64,000 bases of DNA from Diplonema japonicum (lineage: Eukaryota; Protista; Euglenozoa: Diplonemea), in NCBI GenBank assembly GCA_964019335.1, contig OZ025657.1, positions 248,001 to 312,000 of the forward strand, read 5' to 3'. The position numbers and the translations under genes are program-made. Positions 21,579 through 32,381 of this stretch are shown piece by piece; position 1 is the stretch's first letter; the number at the start of each line of letters is the position of its first letter. The notes under the pieces are model-generated. The model was not told the DNA's origin, did no database searches, and saw only the letters and a program-made list of their open reading frames with translations.

Positions 21579-22021
21579 TTTTCTTTTTTGTTGTGACTCT
21601 TTCCCCCCGTGCTGTGTAAATATATGGTCTAAAAAAGGCAGGAAAGCAGGGGGGGAAGGGAATAGAGTGGACGGAAGAAACAAAGGAAAAAAGAAAAAGA
21701 AACACGCAACCTTGTGTCGCAGATCTCATCTTCTTCTTTGTTTTTTGTTTCAAAAAAGGGATGGAAGAGGTTTGGAATGTGAAGAGAGGAGTAAAAAAAC
21801 TAATGTGTTGAACATCAACAAAAATAAAAGGAAGCGCGCAAATGTCGCACGCTTCAAAGTAAAAGGTGGAAGAGATGAATTTAGCTATTTCGGATATCTG
21901 CTGTTTTCTTTCATAACATAACATGTAAAGCACGCGACACACTTTTTTTTTCTCCCTCCATTCAGACAAAGGGATGCAAGCATGTGTATGTTGTATAAGG
22001 ATACCCCTAAGGCCCGTGGCC

Positions 22022-24042
22022 TCATTGGGAGTCAGAGTAGGAGAAGGAACCTGTGTTCCTGCGGCCCTGCACCACGGGGAGCACGGGGGACGAGGTGATC
22101 CCGCACTGGTTGGTGCCCCTCTCCAGTCTGATGTAGCCGTCCTCGCCCCACGACGGGCCCCACGAGTTCTTGATGAGCCAGTACTTGGTCCCCTGGTCCT
22201 CGCCGTAGCCCACGATGAGGACTGCGTGGTCAGGCTGGTGGTTGCAGCACCCTGTCATGACACCGCCAGTGTACGGCCACCACAGCTGCGTCATCGCGTC
22301 CAGAGCGATCGACACGGGGCCGTACTTCGCAACCGCAGCCGCCATCGCCTCCTCCGTCTGGTTCACGTTCATGTAGCCGGTCACCTTGATGTCCGCCATC
22401 GAGTGGCCACCGCTGCACGCAGGTGCGTTCCCGTTCCCAGACACGTACGGGTACGAGGCCTCCGTCGCGTCCCCGTTCTGCTTCACGTACTCCATCGCGA
22501 GGTACGGCCACCCGCCGCCGCAGCCCTCGTTCCCGTCGCGGTTGTCACAGCTCACGAGCTCCTGCTCCGACAGCGAGGTCAGCGACCTCCCTGCGATGGC
22601 CCACGCGCTCTCCATCGCACCCGTCGCGCTGAAGCTCCAGCATGACCCGCACTGGCCTTGGCTCTTCACAGGGGTCACTACTCCCTTCGTCCTCCAGTCC
22701 ACCGACACAGGCGCCTCCCTCACGTCCTGCTCTGTGATCACGTACCCAGCAGGCGTCTCCGCCCCAGCCTTGTCCGCCACCCCCGTCTTCGAGCAGTCCC
22801 TCAGGTGGGTTTCGAACTCTGCCTTCGACCAGTCAGCGAGGCTGTTGGGGAAGGTCCTCTCCAAGCTGTTCCCGCGCTTGTGGAAAACACTTAGGTGCCT
22901 CCTGAAGTTCTGGAACCGCTGCTCCTCCTCAGCCTCGGATGCGTAGGCCTTCCCGTGCTGCTTCTTCCACGCGGCGAAGGCGGCCTGCTGCTTCTCCAGC
23001 GACACCGTCGCGTCGACAGGCTCCTCGATGGGGGCCGCCCTCTTCGTCTTCTCCTTCGCCGCGTCAGAAGCGAACAGGGTCCCGTTCGTCGTCATCGCTG
23101 TGCTCACAGAGAAGGCAGCTGCCCCCCACTCCATCTGGCACTGCAGCTCTTGCCCAGCGGGGAGGATGAAGTAGCAGCCGCCACGGTTCCCCTGGTCGTT
23201 CGTGTTCGACCCCCACGCGCACACGTTCGCCCCGCCGAAGTAGCAGTGGTACGAGTTGTAGCTGTTGTCGACGCTGGACGAGGTCACCGTCACCACGAGG
23301 TCCTTGTCCGCGTGGGGGTTCGTGTACGTGCAGTCGCACAGGTTGGGCTTCGAGTAGGTCACGTTCGGGCATGTGAAGTGCGTGTCCGTCTGCGCCGTCG
23401 CCGACAGGTACCTCCGCGTCATCAGGGCCCCCGCAGAAGCGAGCATGCGGAACGACCCCTGGTCCACCTTGCACCTCACTGTCGCCCCTGCGGGGAGGAA
23501 GTAGTTGCATGAGTAGCCGCCCACGGAGGACCCCACCGTGTATGCGCACACCTCCACGTTGTTGTAGCTGCACGACATGCTGTTTGTCCCCGACCCTGCC
23601 GCCTCGAAGGACTGCGCCACCCACATATCCGCCTTCTTGCTGTTTGTGAAGGAGCACGATGCCCCCGTGCACGGAACCTCCGTCACCGTCCTCGACACCG
23701 ACGACCCCACCATCGCCGCAGCGTGCGCCCCGATGAAGTTCATCGTCCCCTCCACAGTGCAGTCGAAGCTTCCCCCAGCAGGCAGAACGAAGTAGCAGTC
23801 CCCCGCACTCCCGCTGTCGCTTGCCGACCACTTCCTGCTGCAGTACACCATCTTCCCGTCACCGCAGCTGAAACCCCCTTCAGACTCACCCGAGGCAAGC
23901 TCCACTTGGAAGAACAGGGACACCGCCTCGTCCACTTCCCGGTTATTCCGGTGGCTGCAACTGCTCCCCTTCCCAGGACAGTCGATCGACTTGAAGTCAG
24001 CACCCCCGCAGCGAGCGCGCTTAGGATTAGAGCGATCTTCAT
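22022..24042 (-). CDS. Papain-family (C1A, cathepsin L/F-like) cysteine protease with three N-terminal Cys-rich repeats; 1-nt frameshift after the signal peptide
   Basis: I29 prodomain (FAAWKKQHGKAY..EEEQRFQNF), VDWR, QGQCGSCWSFS, DHAVLIVGYG, YWLIKNSWG. Signal peptide MKIALILSALAA is out of frame at the G5 run 24003-24007. Confidence 0.88.
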
Positions 24043-24246
24043 GGTATTCTTCTTTTTTTAAAACTTATTTGTGCAAACCTGTGAGATATAGAATTGGGTA
24101 GCAACGACAATACAAGAATTCAAAACAACCCCAGTACACCGCGTCCACCCACAAATAAAAAAAAAAAAGAAAAAGAAAACACGCTGTTACTATTAAAAAA
24201 GAAGAGGGCTACACGTTTCTACGTTTTGTTGATCTTCTGGTTCACA

Positions 24247-26316
24247 TCAAGCATGAAACGCCGTGGAGAAGGTCATGGAGCTGCTCATGACGATGTACCC
24301 GCACCCCGATTTACAGTCGGGCGTTTTCCAGCTTTTAGTGGTGTCGTCGTAGTACTGACTGGAGTAGGTGATGGTGTTGCTGGATCCGGGGGTAGGGTTC
24401 AGGTCATGGGTGACATCTGTGACGATGGGGGGTGTGTTGTGCCCGTTACACCACCCATCACGCCCGAACCACCAGGCGCCAAACCCATTGGGTTCGACAC
24501 CAGTAGACACATGCTTGGTGCATCCCCATTTGTCTTCAGGGTCCATAAATGAAATGGTATGCACAACGCCATTCACAGAGAAATGGTGGCGGGTAGATTG
24601 AAACTCCTCCAAACCATGTCCTGTGATGACTGCAGTGATCCCCACAGTTGTTCCTGCAGCAGGGGACTTCACCACCATTGCAGTTCTGTTGTTGTACGTC
24701 ACATCATAAGTCCCGCCAGTGAACAACGGTGTGAGCGTCTCAGACTTGACCCCCTCTTCCCTTTGCAAATGCAAGGTCACATCCGTGACCCACGGCTCTA
24801 CCATGTCCATCGAAAACCCAGAGAGCTTCAGGGTGCAGTCGCCTCCGTTTTTGAAAAGCGGGTACAAGGTTGAAATATCGGAAAACCAATGCCCGTCTGA
24901 ACGCCTGTAAGGTGTGATCCAACGACCCAATTCGTACTCCGGGACAGAAGCGAGGCTGCAGTCGATGGTCAGTTCTGCGATGCGGTCCCAAACAGGACAT
25001 TCGAAGTCACCGTTTCCTAAGCACCCGAATTTAATCTCAAGCTGTGCGCGGTTGAAGAGGTCCATGGTAGTCTTTGGGGGGAGCGTCGCGGAGCTTGGTG
25101 CACCCTTCCCGGTTGTGGCGTTGTTCCCAACGGAGCGAACGATTAAAGGAATTGAGTAAGCGTTGAGCTTCGTTCTCGAGATTCCGCTGAGGTATTGTAA
25201 AAACTGCATCTCCCAGGAAACAACCGCGAGGTAAGGGTTGATGGGCGATCCGATCTGCCTCAACGTGTTGTCGGCCGTCACTGAGAAGTACTGTCCAGGG
25301 TGGAAGACGTACTCGAAAAGACAGGAAATCGAAACACCTGGGGAAGGAAACAGGTTTGCAAGCTCTTGGTTGAACTTAACAGTCGATCCCACTGTGAAGA
25401 ACCCGCTTTCATCGTCGGACTGAATGTTCTCACCGATCACACTGAGCGACTTCGTTCCCGGTTGTTCCATGAAAACCACAGCCTGAACGTTGCTCCCCGC
25501 GAACCAAAGAATCGCTTTTTCGAAGGAGCAGCTTGGCGAAAGGTGCGCCGCATTGACAAAGGCGAACTTTTTCGACAAATCAGCAGGCTTTGCAGATGTG
25601 CAGATAATCGTCTCGTCGATTCTTACCATGGCACCCTCCATGGGATTCACAGGGCTGTGATTGTGCAGATCCTGTGTGTTTGTAAACTGGAAGAACCCAT
25701 CAAGCCTGTCAATTGTCATCTTCTCCCCTGCTCCCGTCGTCAAGGTGAGTTGCTTCCCGATGGAATGGAACGAAGGAGAGTCCAAGATCCTTTTCAGAAC
25801 ATTCGTCGACGCCTTCGTGGGATTCTTCGTAGAAGGGTCCATCGCGTACATCTCCTCGATGCTCTTTGTTGCGTACAACATGTGGCTTCTCCAGTAGTTT
25901 TGCGTGGCTGCAGGGAGCTTCAAGGCCTGCATCTTCGCATTGATGAGAGATTTCAGGGTTTGCGCGAATGAAGCGTTGTTCCATGCTGCAAAGATGAAGT
26001 CAACATCGGCAGGAAGTGGCTCCACTGTCAGGAATTTCTCCAAGCTTGTTCCTGAGGTCAGCATGTTTGTCGTGAACGGATCGGTCTCTCTGTACCCCAT
26101 AACCACAACACCTCTCCCACGGTTAACAGCAGGGTTCACCTCATACCACCCATTCTCCACTGGGACAGAGAACGCCGGGATTGACATTCCCTTTACAAAC
26201 TCATCTGCATCCGGCATATCGGCGTCACAGGCCATCCCCCCGCACGGGGCTGCGTTCACAACTGAAACCGATGCTGTTGCTGCAATAGCTAGCAGCGTTT
26301 GAACTTTCGTTCTCAT
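24247..26316 (-). CDS. Secreted peptide-N-glycosidase F-like protein with a PA-like domain
   Basis: Signal peptide; CPVWDRI, ELGRWITPYRR, ITGHG..EF and WWFGRDGWCNG motifs of the PNGase F family. Confidence 0.8.
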   Translation of the reverse strand: MRTKVQTLLAIAATASVSVVNAAPCGGMACDADMPDADEFVKGMSIPAFSVPVENGWYEVNPAVNRGRGVVVMGYRETDPFTTNMLTSGTSLEKFLTVEPLPADVDFIFAAWNNASFAQTLKSLINAKMQALKLPAATQNYWRSHMLYATKSIEEMYAMDPSTKNPTKASTNVLKRILDSPSFHSIGKQLTLTTGAGEKMTIDRLDGFFQFTNTQDLHNHSPVNPMEGAMVRIDETIICTSAKPADLSKKFAFVNAAHLSPSCSFEKAILWFAGSNVQAVVFMEQPGTKSLSVIGENIQSDDESGFFTVGSTVKFNQELANLFPSPGVSISCLFEYVFHPGQYFSVTADNTLRQIGSPINPYLAVVSWEMQFLQYLSGISRTKLNAYSIPLIVRSVGNNATTGKGAPSSATLPPKTTMDLFNRAQLEIKFGCLGNGDFECPVWDRIAELTIDCSLASVPEYELGRWITPYRRSDGHWFSDISTLYPLFKNGGDCTLKLSGFSMDMVEPWVTDVTLHLQREEGVKSETLTPLFTGGTYDVTYNNRTAMVVKSPAAGTTVGITAVITGHGLEEFQSTRHHFSVNGVVHTISFMDPEDKWGCTKHVSTGVEPNGFGAWWFGRDGWCNGHNTPPIVTDVTHDLNPTPGSSNTITYSSQYYDDTTKSWKTPDCKSGCGYIVMSSSMTFSTAFHA

Positions 26317-26606
26317 TTTATTATGCTTTCAATTTCCTTTAGGTCTAGTTATGTGGATGGGGGGTGCTGAGTCCAACTTTTGATGCTCTTTTTGGAGCAG
26401 GCCTCCCTTTGTAATCTTATGAGGACGGTTACAGTTTCTTCAGCCTGGTCAGGAAGGAGAACTCCCAGCTGAAAGGAAGTACAACAGATGAGGATTCAGA
26501 TAGGGACGCTGCCTATGCAGATTGGGGGGCCCAGATTGGTTAATCAAACGACAGCTTTTGAAATAGGGAGAGGATCACAAATAACTCCCACCAAACTACA
26601 AATACT

Positions 26607-26649
26607 AGGAACCACCACTGGGAGGTCGGAAACATTGGTCCCTAAAAAA
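26607..26649 (+). repeat. ~44-bp dispersed repeat (inverted copy at 61412-61455)
   Basis: AGGAACCACCACTGGGAGGTCGGAAACA(T/C)GGTCCC(C)TAAAAAA occurs at both sites in opposite orientation. Confidence 0.8.
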
Positions 26650-28053
26650 ATTTAAAAAAAGCGAGCAATCCATCTGATGATAATGATGTACTTCTTTGTT
26701 TAGATAGTATAAAAACATACACCCATATTGTTATCCCCTCCACCTTAAATGAATGTTGAGAATCGCTCCACAGCGGAGAGGGTAAATCAGAAGTGATGTC
26801 CCTCCCTCCAGTCCTTGCGACACTGGATGGGGTGTTAATTCTTAGAGATGGTACGGCCTTGTGTTTCTTATTTTTCAAATCCGGAAGAAAGCTGGGAACA
26901 GACGTGTAGCCTGCCCGCAACATTGACAAATTGGCCTGGCAGCAAGCCACCTTTTGCAGAACGCGGGACCTCGCCTGTGGTGCGCAGATAAATTGTCGTC
27001 CTCATGCATGTCGAAAAGACACGGCATGGAGAGAGCGTTTTTCCCCTTGAGTATTGTCATCAACCTCTCACGGGGTTTCCACCGTAAAAATTGACACTGT
27101 CCTTGCATATTCCGTCGATGAAACTGAACCGCTCACGTGCACCATGGGCTATGAACACATTCCATGCGATGGCATCTTTGTTACGGTTTGTAGGCTAACC
27201 TGTTGGAGTGTTGGCAAACGTCAACAAAAGGCATTCAAGAAAGAAGTCGTTTAGGCTAGTGTGAGCGTAAAAAGAAATGAAATGTTTAAATGTATTGTGA
27301 ATGCGCGCCGACCTTTTTGTAACAAAGTCCCCTCCGGGGCTATATGTTGGTAGGAAAAAAAAAAAAACGAGAATCTTTTTCAAATTTATGTTTCCTTATT
27401 TTCAAAAAAAAAAGCTTGGAAACACATTCCCAACATAGCCCAAGGGGGGGGGGGGGGTGATAAAAACCGCTATTGTGTATCTTCGTTTCCCCCCCCCTTC
27501 TTTTTTTTTCTTTCTTGTGTGTCTTCCTGAACCTCTCCCACTTGGCTTATTATCTCTCGCCGCACGTAAACTGCTTCCTTCCATTTTTTCACACGGGAAG
27601 CAGAAAATGCAAACGGAAGGGAAAAGGGTACAAGAAAGAAGAAAAAAAAAAAACATTACGCAGGTTCACAAAGAAAGGAAAAAGAAAAAGCGAAAAACAA
27701 GCACCGCATGACCCCGGAAAGAAGAAAAGGAAGCTCTTCCTTTTGGCCTTCTCTCCCCAGGGGAGGGACAAGTATCCCAGGTGAGGTGCCCAATCAATAA
27801 AACCGCACTTAAATTAATATACAAGTATCCTGTTAGCGTTGCCTCGTAGCTTCCTTCAGACGCATGTCACGTGGGAAACTGGAAGAAACAGCTAATATGA
27901 TGCAGAAAAACAAGTGAGCAGCCGACAAAGTAACATCGCATCCCGCCTCCAGAGCTCCCGCTGATGGCGAATGGGAAAAAAAAAAAAAAAAAAGAGTTAG
28001 AAGACAAGAAAAAGAATGGTGCAAACTCCGCGAGAGCCGCAGGCCAAAGAATC

Positions 28054-28869
28054 TCAGAATGAGAAGCACTGCATCTTGGAACCCTTGAAGAAGAGGGCAA
28101 CGTCCTCATCTATCTCGACCTTGCCCTGCTGCTTGCAGGAGGAGAGACCAGCTGAGACAAGGAGGGGGACAAAATGATCAGCGCTGCCAGGGTGGGCAGA
28201 TGAAAAATGAGGAGCCTGTCTGTAATTTAGAAGCATCTGCTCCCTGCGGTGGGGGTCGGGAGTCGTCACTGCCTCATTCACCCACGCCCGGAACTCATCC
28301 TGCTGCGTAAGAGTCAGCTTCCCGTGAATGTCAGACCCAGAAGCTATCAGGAGCGCGTTGTGTTGCTCAACAAGAGGTGCCAAGGCTTTTCCTAACCGCA
28401 GATGGAACTCTGCGTCTTGCTTGCCGTTCAAAGAAATCGCCAGCACAGGAATGTCCGCCTTCGGGAACATTAACATCAAAGGTATGAAGACCCCATGGTC
28501 CAGCCCACGTTTGTCGTCATGAAGCACTTTGATGTTGTGCTTGGCAAGCAGCGGGACAGCTTGCTTCGCCACCTCAGGAGCCCCCGGTGCTGGGTACTCG
28601 TACTCATAAGCCTCCTTGGGGAACCCACCGTAGTCGAACAGGAGCTTGTGGGATTTCGCGCTGCTGATGTACACTGTGTCCCGTTCCTTACACTCCCAGT
28701 GAGCCGTCACTACCACCAGAAGCTTCGGAAGGACGTTCTTGCACAGTACAGATAGTTTCTTTGTGTACGGAGAGCTCGGCCCTGCACCGAATCGATCGAA
28801 GGAGGGGAGAAAGAACCCTGGTCCACCACCATGGCCAATGAACACATTATTCATCGCAGAGCAGGTCAT
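28054..28869 (-). CDS. Extradiol ring-cleavage dioxygenase, class III (4,5-DOPA dioxygenase/YgiD/LigB family)
   Basis: HGGGP, TAHWE, DYGGFP..Y...YPAPG, RGLDHGVFIPL, SGS..H and AHP..DHFVPL motifs. Confidence 0.9.
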   Translation of the reverse strand: MTCSAMNNVFIGHGGGPGFFLPSFDRFGAGPSSPYTKKLSVLCKNVLPKLLVVVTAHWECKERDTVYISSAKSHKLLFDYGGFPKEAYEYEYPAPGAPEVAKQAVPLLAKHNIKVLHDDKRGLDHGVFIPLMLMFPKADIPVLAISLNGKQDAEFHLRLGKALAPLVEQHNALLIASGSDIHGKLTLTQQDEFRAWVNEAVTTPDPHRREQMLLNYRQAPHFSSAHPGSADHFVPLLVSAGLSSCKQQGKVEIDEDVALFFKGSKMQCFSF

Positions 28870-29036
28870 CTTGTCGTTTGTGTGTCTGTGATACCATTTG
28901 CAGAAGAAAAATAAAAAACAAACAAAAAGGACAAGAATGTGTTTTTTTTTTTCCTCTCCTTCTCGAAACGTTTTTCAACACCATGTTTTTCAAGAGCGTT
29001 CTCATTTGCTTTCGTTCTCCTTTTTTTAGTTAGGTT

Positions 29037-32000
29037 CTACAGCATGAAGGCTTCTTGCTTCTTCTTGTTTTTGACGGCCCTACGGACCCAGTCGGGTTTC
29101 TTTAGCACCAGCATTCCTTTCAAAGGCCTTCCCGTGATACGGGACTGCTGCAGCGTGCAAGATGTGGCATGAGAAAATAAAGATGACATGACAGCCGTGA
29201 TGGTACTGAGTTCCTCTACCTTGAGGTGCGGGTCTTGAGGGTGGTCAATCTGCAGGAGAAGGTCGTAATCAGAAGGGACGCGGATGGCAAGGTGATAGGA
29301 GTCCGCGAACAGCAGCTCGCGCACGTTGCTGATCCGAATGGTGCGCTTCACGGCACCGTTGGGGTCTGCTAGGTACACTGCTTTTTCCGATAGTACCAGA
29401 ACGCGAGCCTGCACACGTTTTGCCCCGATTTTCTTGACTAATCCAATGTAATACACATTACTTGTTGCCTTCATTAAAGCTAGTGTGAACCTTTCCTGCA
29501 GCGAGTACGGTAGATTCGTCGCTTCTACAATCGGCTTCTGCTTTATGGCAGATGCCTGCTTTGGCTTCGGCTCTGGCAGCCCTTTCGCAACAGCAGGGTC
29601 CAAAGCAGACGGCAGCATCTCCAACGTTTCCACAACAACCGTACTACGCTTCTCCGCTAGCGCTGCTAGCATGACCGCCTTCAGGTCGTCGATAGTGTGG
29701 ACAGCACGTTCGTCCGCCGTTAGGATTGTGGTGTTCTCTCGCATCCCTGCTTTCATCGCGTTGCTGTCTTTGTCTATGCCCACGACTGCCACTGCACGTT
29801 GTGTCTCTTGGTAGTGGATCCCCATCGTCTCTTCCAGTTTTAGAATGTGTTTCTTCGTCGTTCCGGAGTTCACAAATACATACACTGGTACCGCAACCGG
29901 CTCCCTCACCTCCTTAAGCATCGTGTCCTCTAGCTTCTCCCTCCTTTTAGTTGAGACTATGTTTGGTCGGTGGTTCCGAAGTATTTCGAACACCTCGTCC
30001 ACATCCTCCAGCCCAGGCAGCTTCAGAGTCTCGTACTTCTTGGAGAAGAGCACCAAAGACGTCGTCGTGATGAGCACCTCGCTGATGTCGTCGTGCGACA
30101 GCAGTTGGCGCGCAGCAGAGCAGAAAGTATAAACTGCTTCGGGAGTGATGACGCACACCCCTGTGTGTTCGCCCCTCACCGTGCAGCAGTACTCCACATC
30201 CGGCACACCATACTCCAGCAGCCACGTGATATGGCGTCCGTACTCAACGGGGAGCTGCGTCAGTTTGTTAATTGGCTTCCAGGACGACCCAATGAGGTGA
30301 ACGTAGCCGTCTTCCCTTATCCCATCTTGGTCTGCAAGGGCTACTTCCATGGCATGGTCGGTTGTGAGGCACGGCACCGGTGGGATGTTTGGGCGCATCC
30401 CCCAATCGGCCTTCGAGATGGTGAGCTGCCCGGGTACATCTTCATGGTCATAGCAGATGTTAAGCGCTGTGGGGTTGCTGTCAGCTGCCGTCATAGACGA
30501 GTGCGTGGCGCGGAAGATGTTGATGATCTTCTTGACTTGCTCAGGGCCCTCCACCACACGCACGAGGACATCGTTGTGCTCCTTAGACTTGATACCCACC
30601 CAGTCCTCCTTCCCTTTGGGCACATAGAGCGCGTCGATGTCCACCATGTTGACGTACCTGGACACAGTGCCCTGCGGGCGGAAGAGGAAGACACAAGGTT
30701 GGGTGATGAGGAGTATACGTCGCTTGGTGTTGTCAAAGGCGGAACCAGACTGCATGACAACACCTGCGTAGTGCAGGGCAAGGGTGCGGCCTCCGGTGAC
30801 AGAAGACATGGTTTGGAGAAGGTCGCGAGGGAGGCCTGCGAAGCCGACGTATTGTAAACCTGTCTCGGAGGAACGTCCGATCACGCCGCGGCCCTGTGCG
30901 TGCACAGGAGACATAGGCGGCATGTTCATGTCGACTTCCTTTTCGGCGACGACGGTCCTCTCAGGCGGCGGAGTTGCCTCCTTTTGACTTCCGAAGGTTA
31001 TGGTGAGAACACCGCCGACACGCCGTTCAAGCGCAGCGCTCACGTCGTCGAACGGTGAGCCGTTGATGAGAAGGATCTCGCGTCCGACATATGCGGACGC
31101 ACCTGCTGCATCAGAAGGGGAGCCGGGCTGCACGCGGCTGAGCACCAGCTTTTCGGAGTGGATAACGATGCCAAGAGGAGTCCCTGCAGGGCTTGGGATG
31201 CATATCGTGTCCTGTGGGGGTGAAGCGAGGGAACCCGATGAGATGGGGGATGCAACGGAGAAGAGCGTTGGGGACTTGGCCTGGACGTTCGGTTCACCAC
31301 CGAGCTCAGCGTACTCAGGGTGCTCATCCAAGATGGAGGGGCGGCGCTTGATTGACGACTTTGTCCTCGTAGTAGTGCGGGTGGGCAGGGACATGGCGGT
31401 GGACGACGACGCGGAGTTCTCACGGGATATAGTGCGCTCGCCGAAGAAGGGAGGGTCCACTGCAGCAGGGGTCTCCGCCACCAGAGGGCGGAACCGCTCG
31501 TCCTCCAGAACCATGAATACACCTCTGATTTTAGATCTTTTTGTGTCGCGTCTGTCATAGCTCCATTTAACTCCACCCCCTCCTTGCATGATCTCCTGAC
31601 CCTTCTCCATGTCGAAGGGAAAGGTGCCTCGCACTGTGAACTCCTCGATCTCGGACCATTCTGAACCCCGTGCTGTGCGCCTCCGGATTATAAGAAGCTG
31701 CTCGTCCGTGAACTGAAGGTAAGCGATGCCATGCCCGGAGTTGCCCTTCCACGCAACAACAGGTCCCTTCCGTTTTCCTTTGTCAGTGATCACACATGGC
31801 GGGCCATGCTGAACTTCAAGATTTCCACTGGAAATACCGTGCAGGGTAGAGGGGATGTCTTGCGGGGTGGCTGGGTTTGCAGCACCAGAAGTGACAACAG
31901 AAGATCCCGACGAGGCCAAAGACGACGATGGGGAAACAGATGAGCTTGTGAATGCAGGAGTGAACAGAGGCTCGGGGTGGGATGTTGGGAGGGCTTTCAT

Positions 32001-32381
32001 CGCAACAGGGCTCTGCATCTGCTGGGCACCTGTTACGAAAACACCTGAGCGAGGCTCGACGAAACGCGACAGAACACTTCCGAAATAAGCCGATTTTTCA
32101 GTATTTTCGAATACCGTCTCGATTCTTCTTGTTTCCCCTTCGGTGCAGCGGACGGTGTTTCCGGTGACCTCGATTTCCGTGAGATTGCACAGCTTCGCCG
32201 CAACCTTCACTTTGGAACTTGTACTGCACACAAACAGTGTTTTTCCAGTCGCCACCACCACTCGTTCCCTGCCGTCGCATCTTGCCTTTCCTATGAAATA
32301 TGTGTCAGAGTTGCCTATCAACGCCCCAAAGGCCGGCCGTAGGTCCTCTGGGATGTCTTGTGTTCGAAACCTTCCTTGCAT
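29037..32381 (-). CDS. 1114-aa scaffold with about four PH/TH1-like modules and two PDZ-like domains
   Basis: PDZ-like segments PLGIVI..VLSRVQPGSPSDAAG..VGREILLING and MGIHY..VVGIDKDSNAMKAGMRENTTIL. Repeated 'R-vlvlt-..vyl...G.v.R.i' modules. Confidence 0.75.
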   Translation of the reverse strand: MQGRFRTQDIPEDLRPAFGALIGNSDTYFIGKARCDGRERVVVATGKTLFVCSTSSKVKVAAKLCNLTEIEVTGNTVRCTEGETRRIETVFENTEKSAYFGSVLSRFVEPRSGVFVTGAQQMQSPVAMKALPTSHPEPLFTPAFTSSSVSPSSSLASSGSSVVTSGAANPATPQDIPSTLHGISSGNLEVQHGPPCVITDKGKRKGPVVAWKGNSGHGIAYLQFTDEQLLIIRRRTARGSEWSEIEEFTVRGTFPFDMEKGQEIMQGGGGVKWSYDRRDTKRSKIRGVFMVLEDERFRPLVAETPAAVDPPFFGERTISRENSASSSTAMSLPTRTTTRTKSSIKRRPSILDEHPEYAELGGEPNVQAKSPTLFSVASPISSGSLASPPQDTICIPSPAGTPLGIVIHSEKLVLSRVQPGSPSDAAGASAYVGREILLINGSPFDDVSAALERRVGGVLTITFGSQKEATPPPERTVVAEKEVDMNMPPMSPVHAQGRGVIGRSSETGLQYVGFAGLPRDLLQTMSSVTGGRTLALHYAGVVMQSGSAFDNTKRRILLITQPCVFLFRPQGTVSRYVNMVDIDALYVPKGKEDWVGIKSKEHNDVLVRVVEGPEQVKKIINIFRATHSSMTAADSNPTALNICYDHEDVPGQLTISKADWGMRPNIPPVPCLTTDHAMEVALADQDGIREDGYVHLIGSSWKPINKLTQLPVEYGRHITWLLEYGVPDVEYCCTVRGEHTGVCVITPEAVYTFCSAARQLLSHDDISEVLITTTSLVLFSKKYETLKLPGLEDVDEVFEILRNHRPNIVSTKRREKLEDTMLKEVREPVAVPVYVFVNSGTTKKHILKLEETMGIHYQETQRAVAVVGIDKDSNAMKAGMRENTTILTADERAVHTIDDLKAVMLAALAEKRSTVVVETLEMLPSALDPAVAKGLPEPKPKQASAIKQKPIVEATNLPYSLQERFTLALMKATSNVYYIGLVKKIGAKRVQARVLVLSEKAVYLADPNGAVKRTIRISNVRELLFADSYHLAIRVPSDYDLLLQIDHPQDPHLKVEELSTITAVMSSLFSHATSCTLQQSRITGRPLKGMLVLKKPDWVRRAVKNKKKQEAFML

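Noticed and set aside
26642-27254. Short ORFs in the homopolymer-free spacer
   Set aside because: No consistent frame or recognisable motif. Possibly a decayed element, but it cannot be identified by eye.
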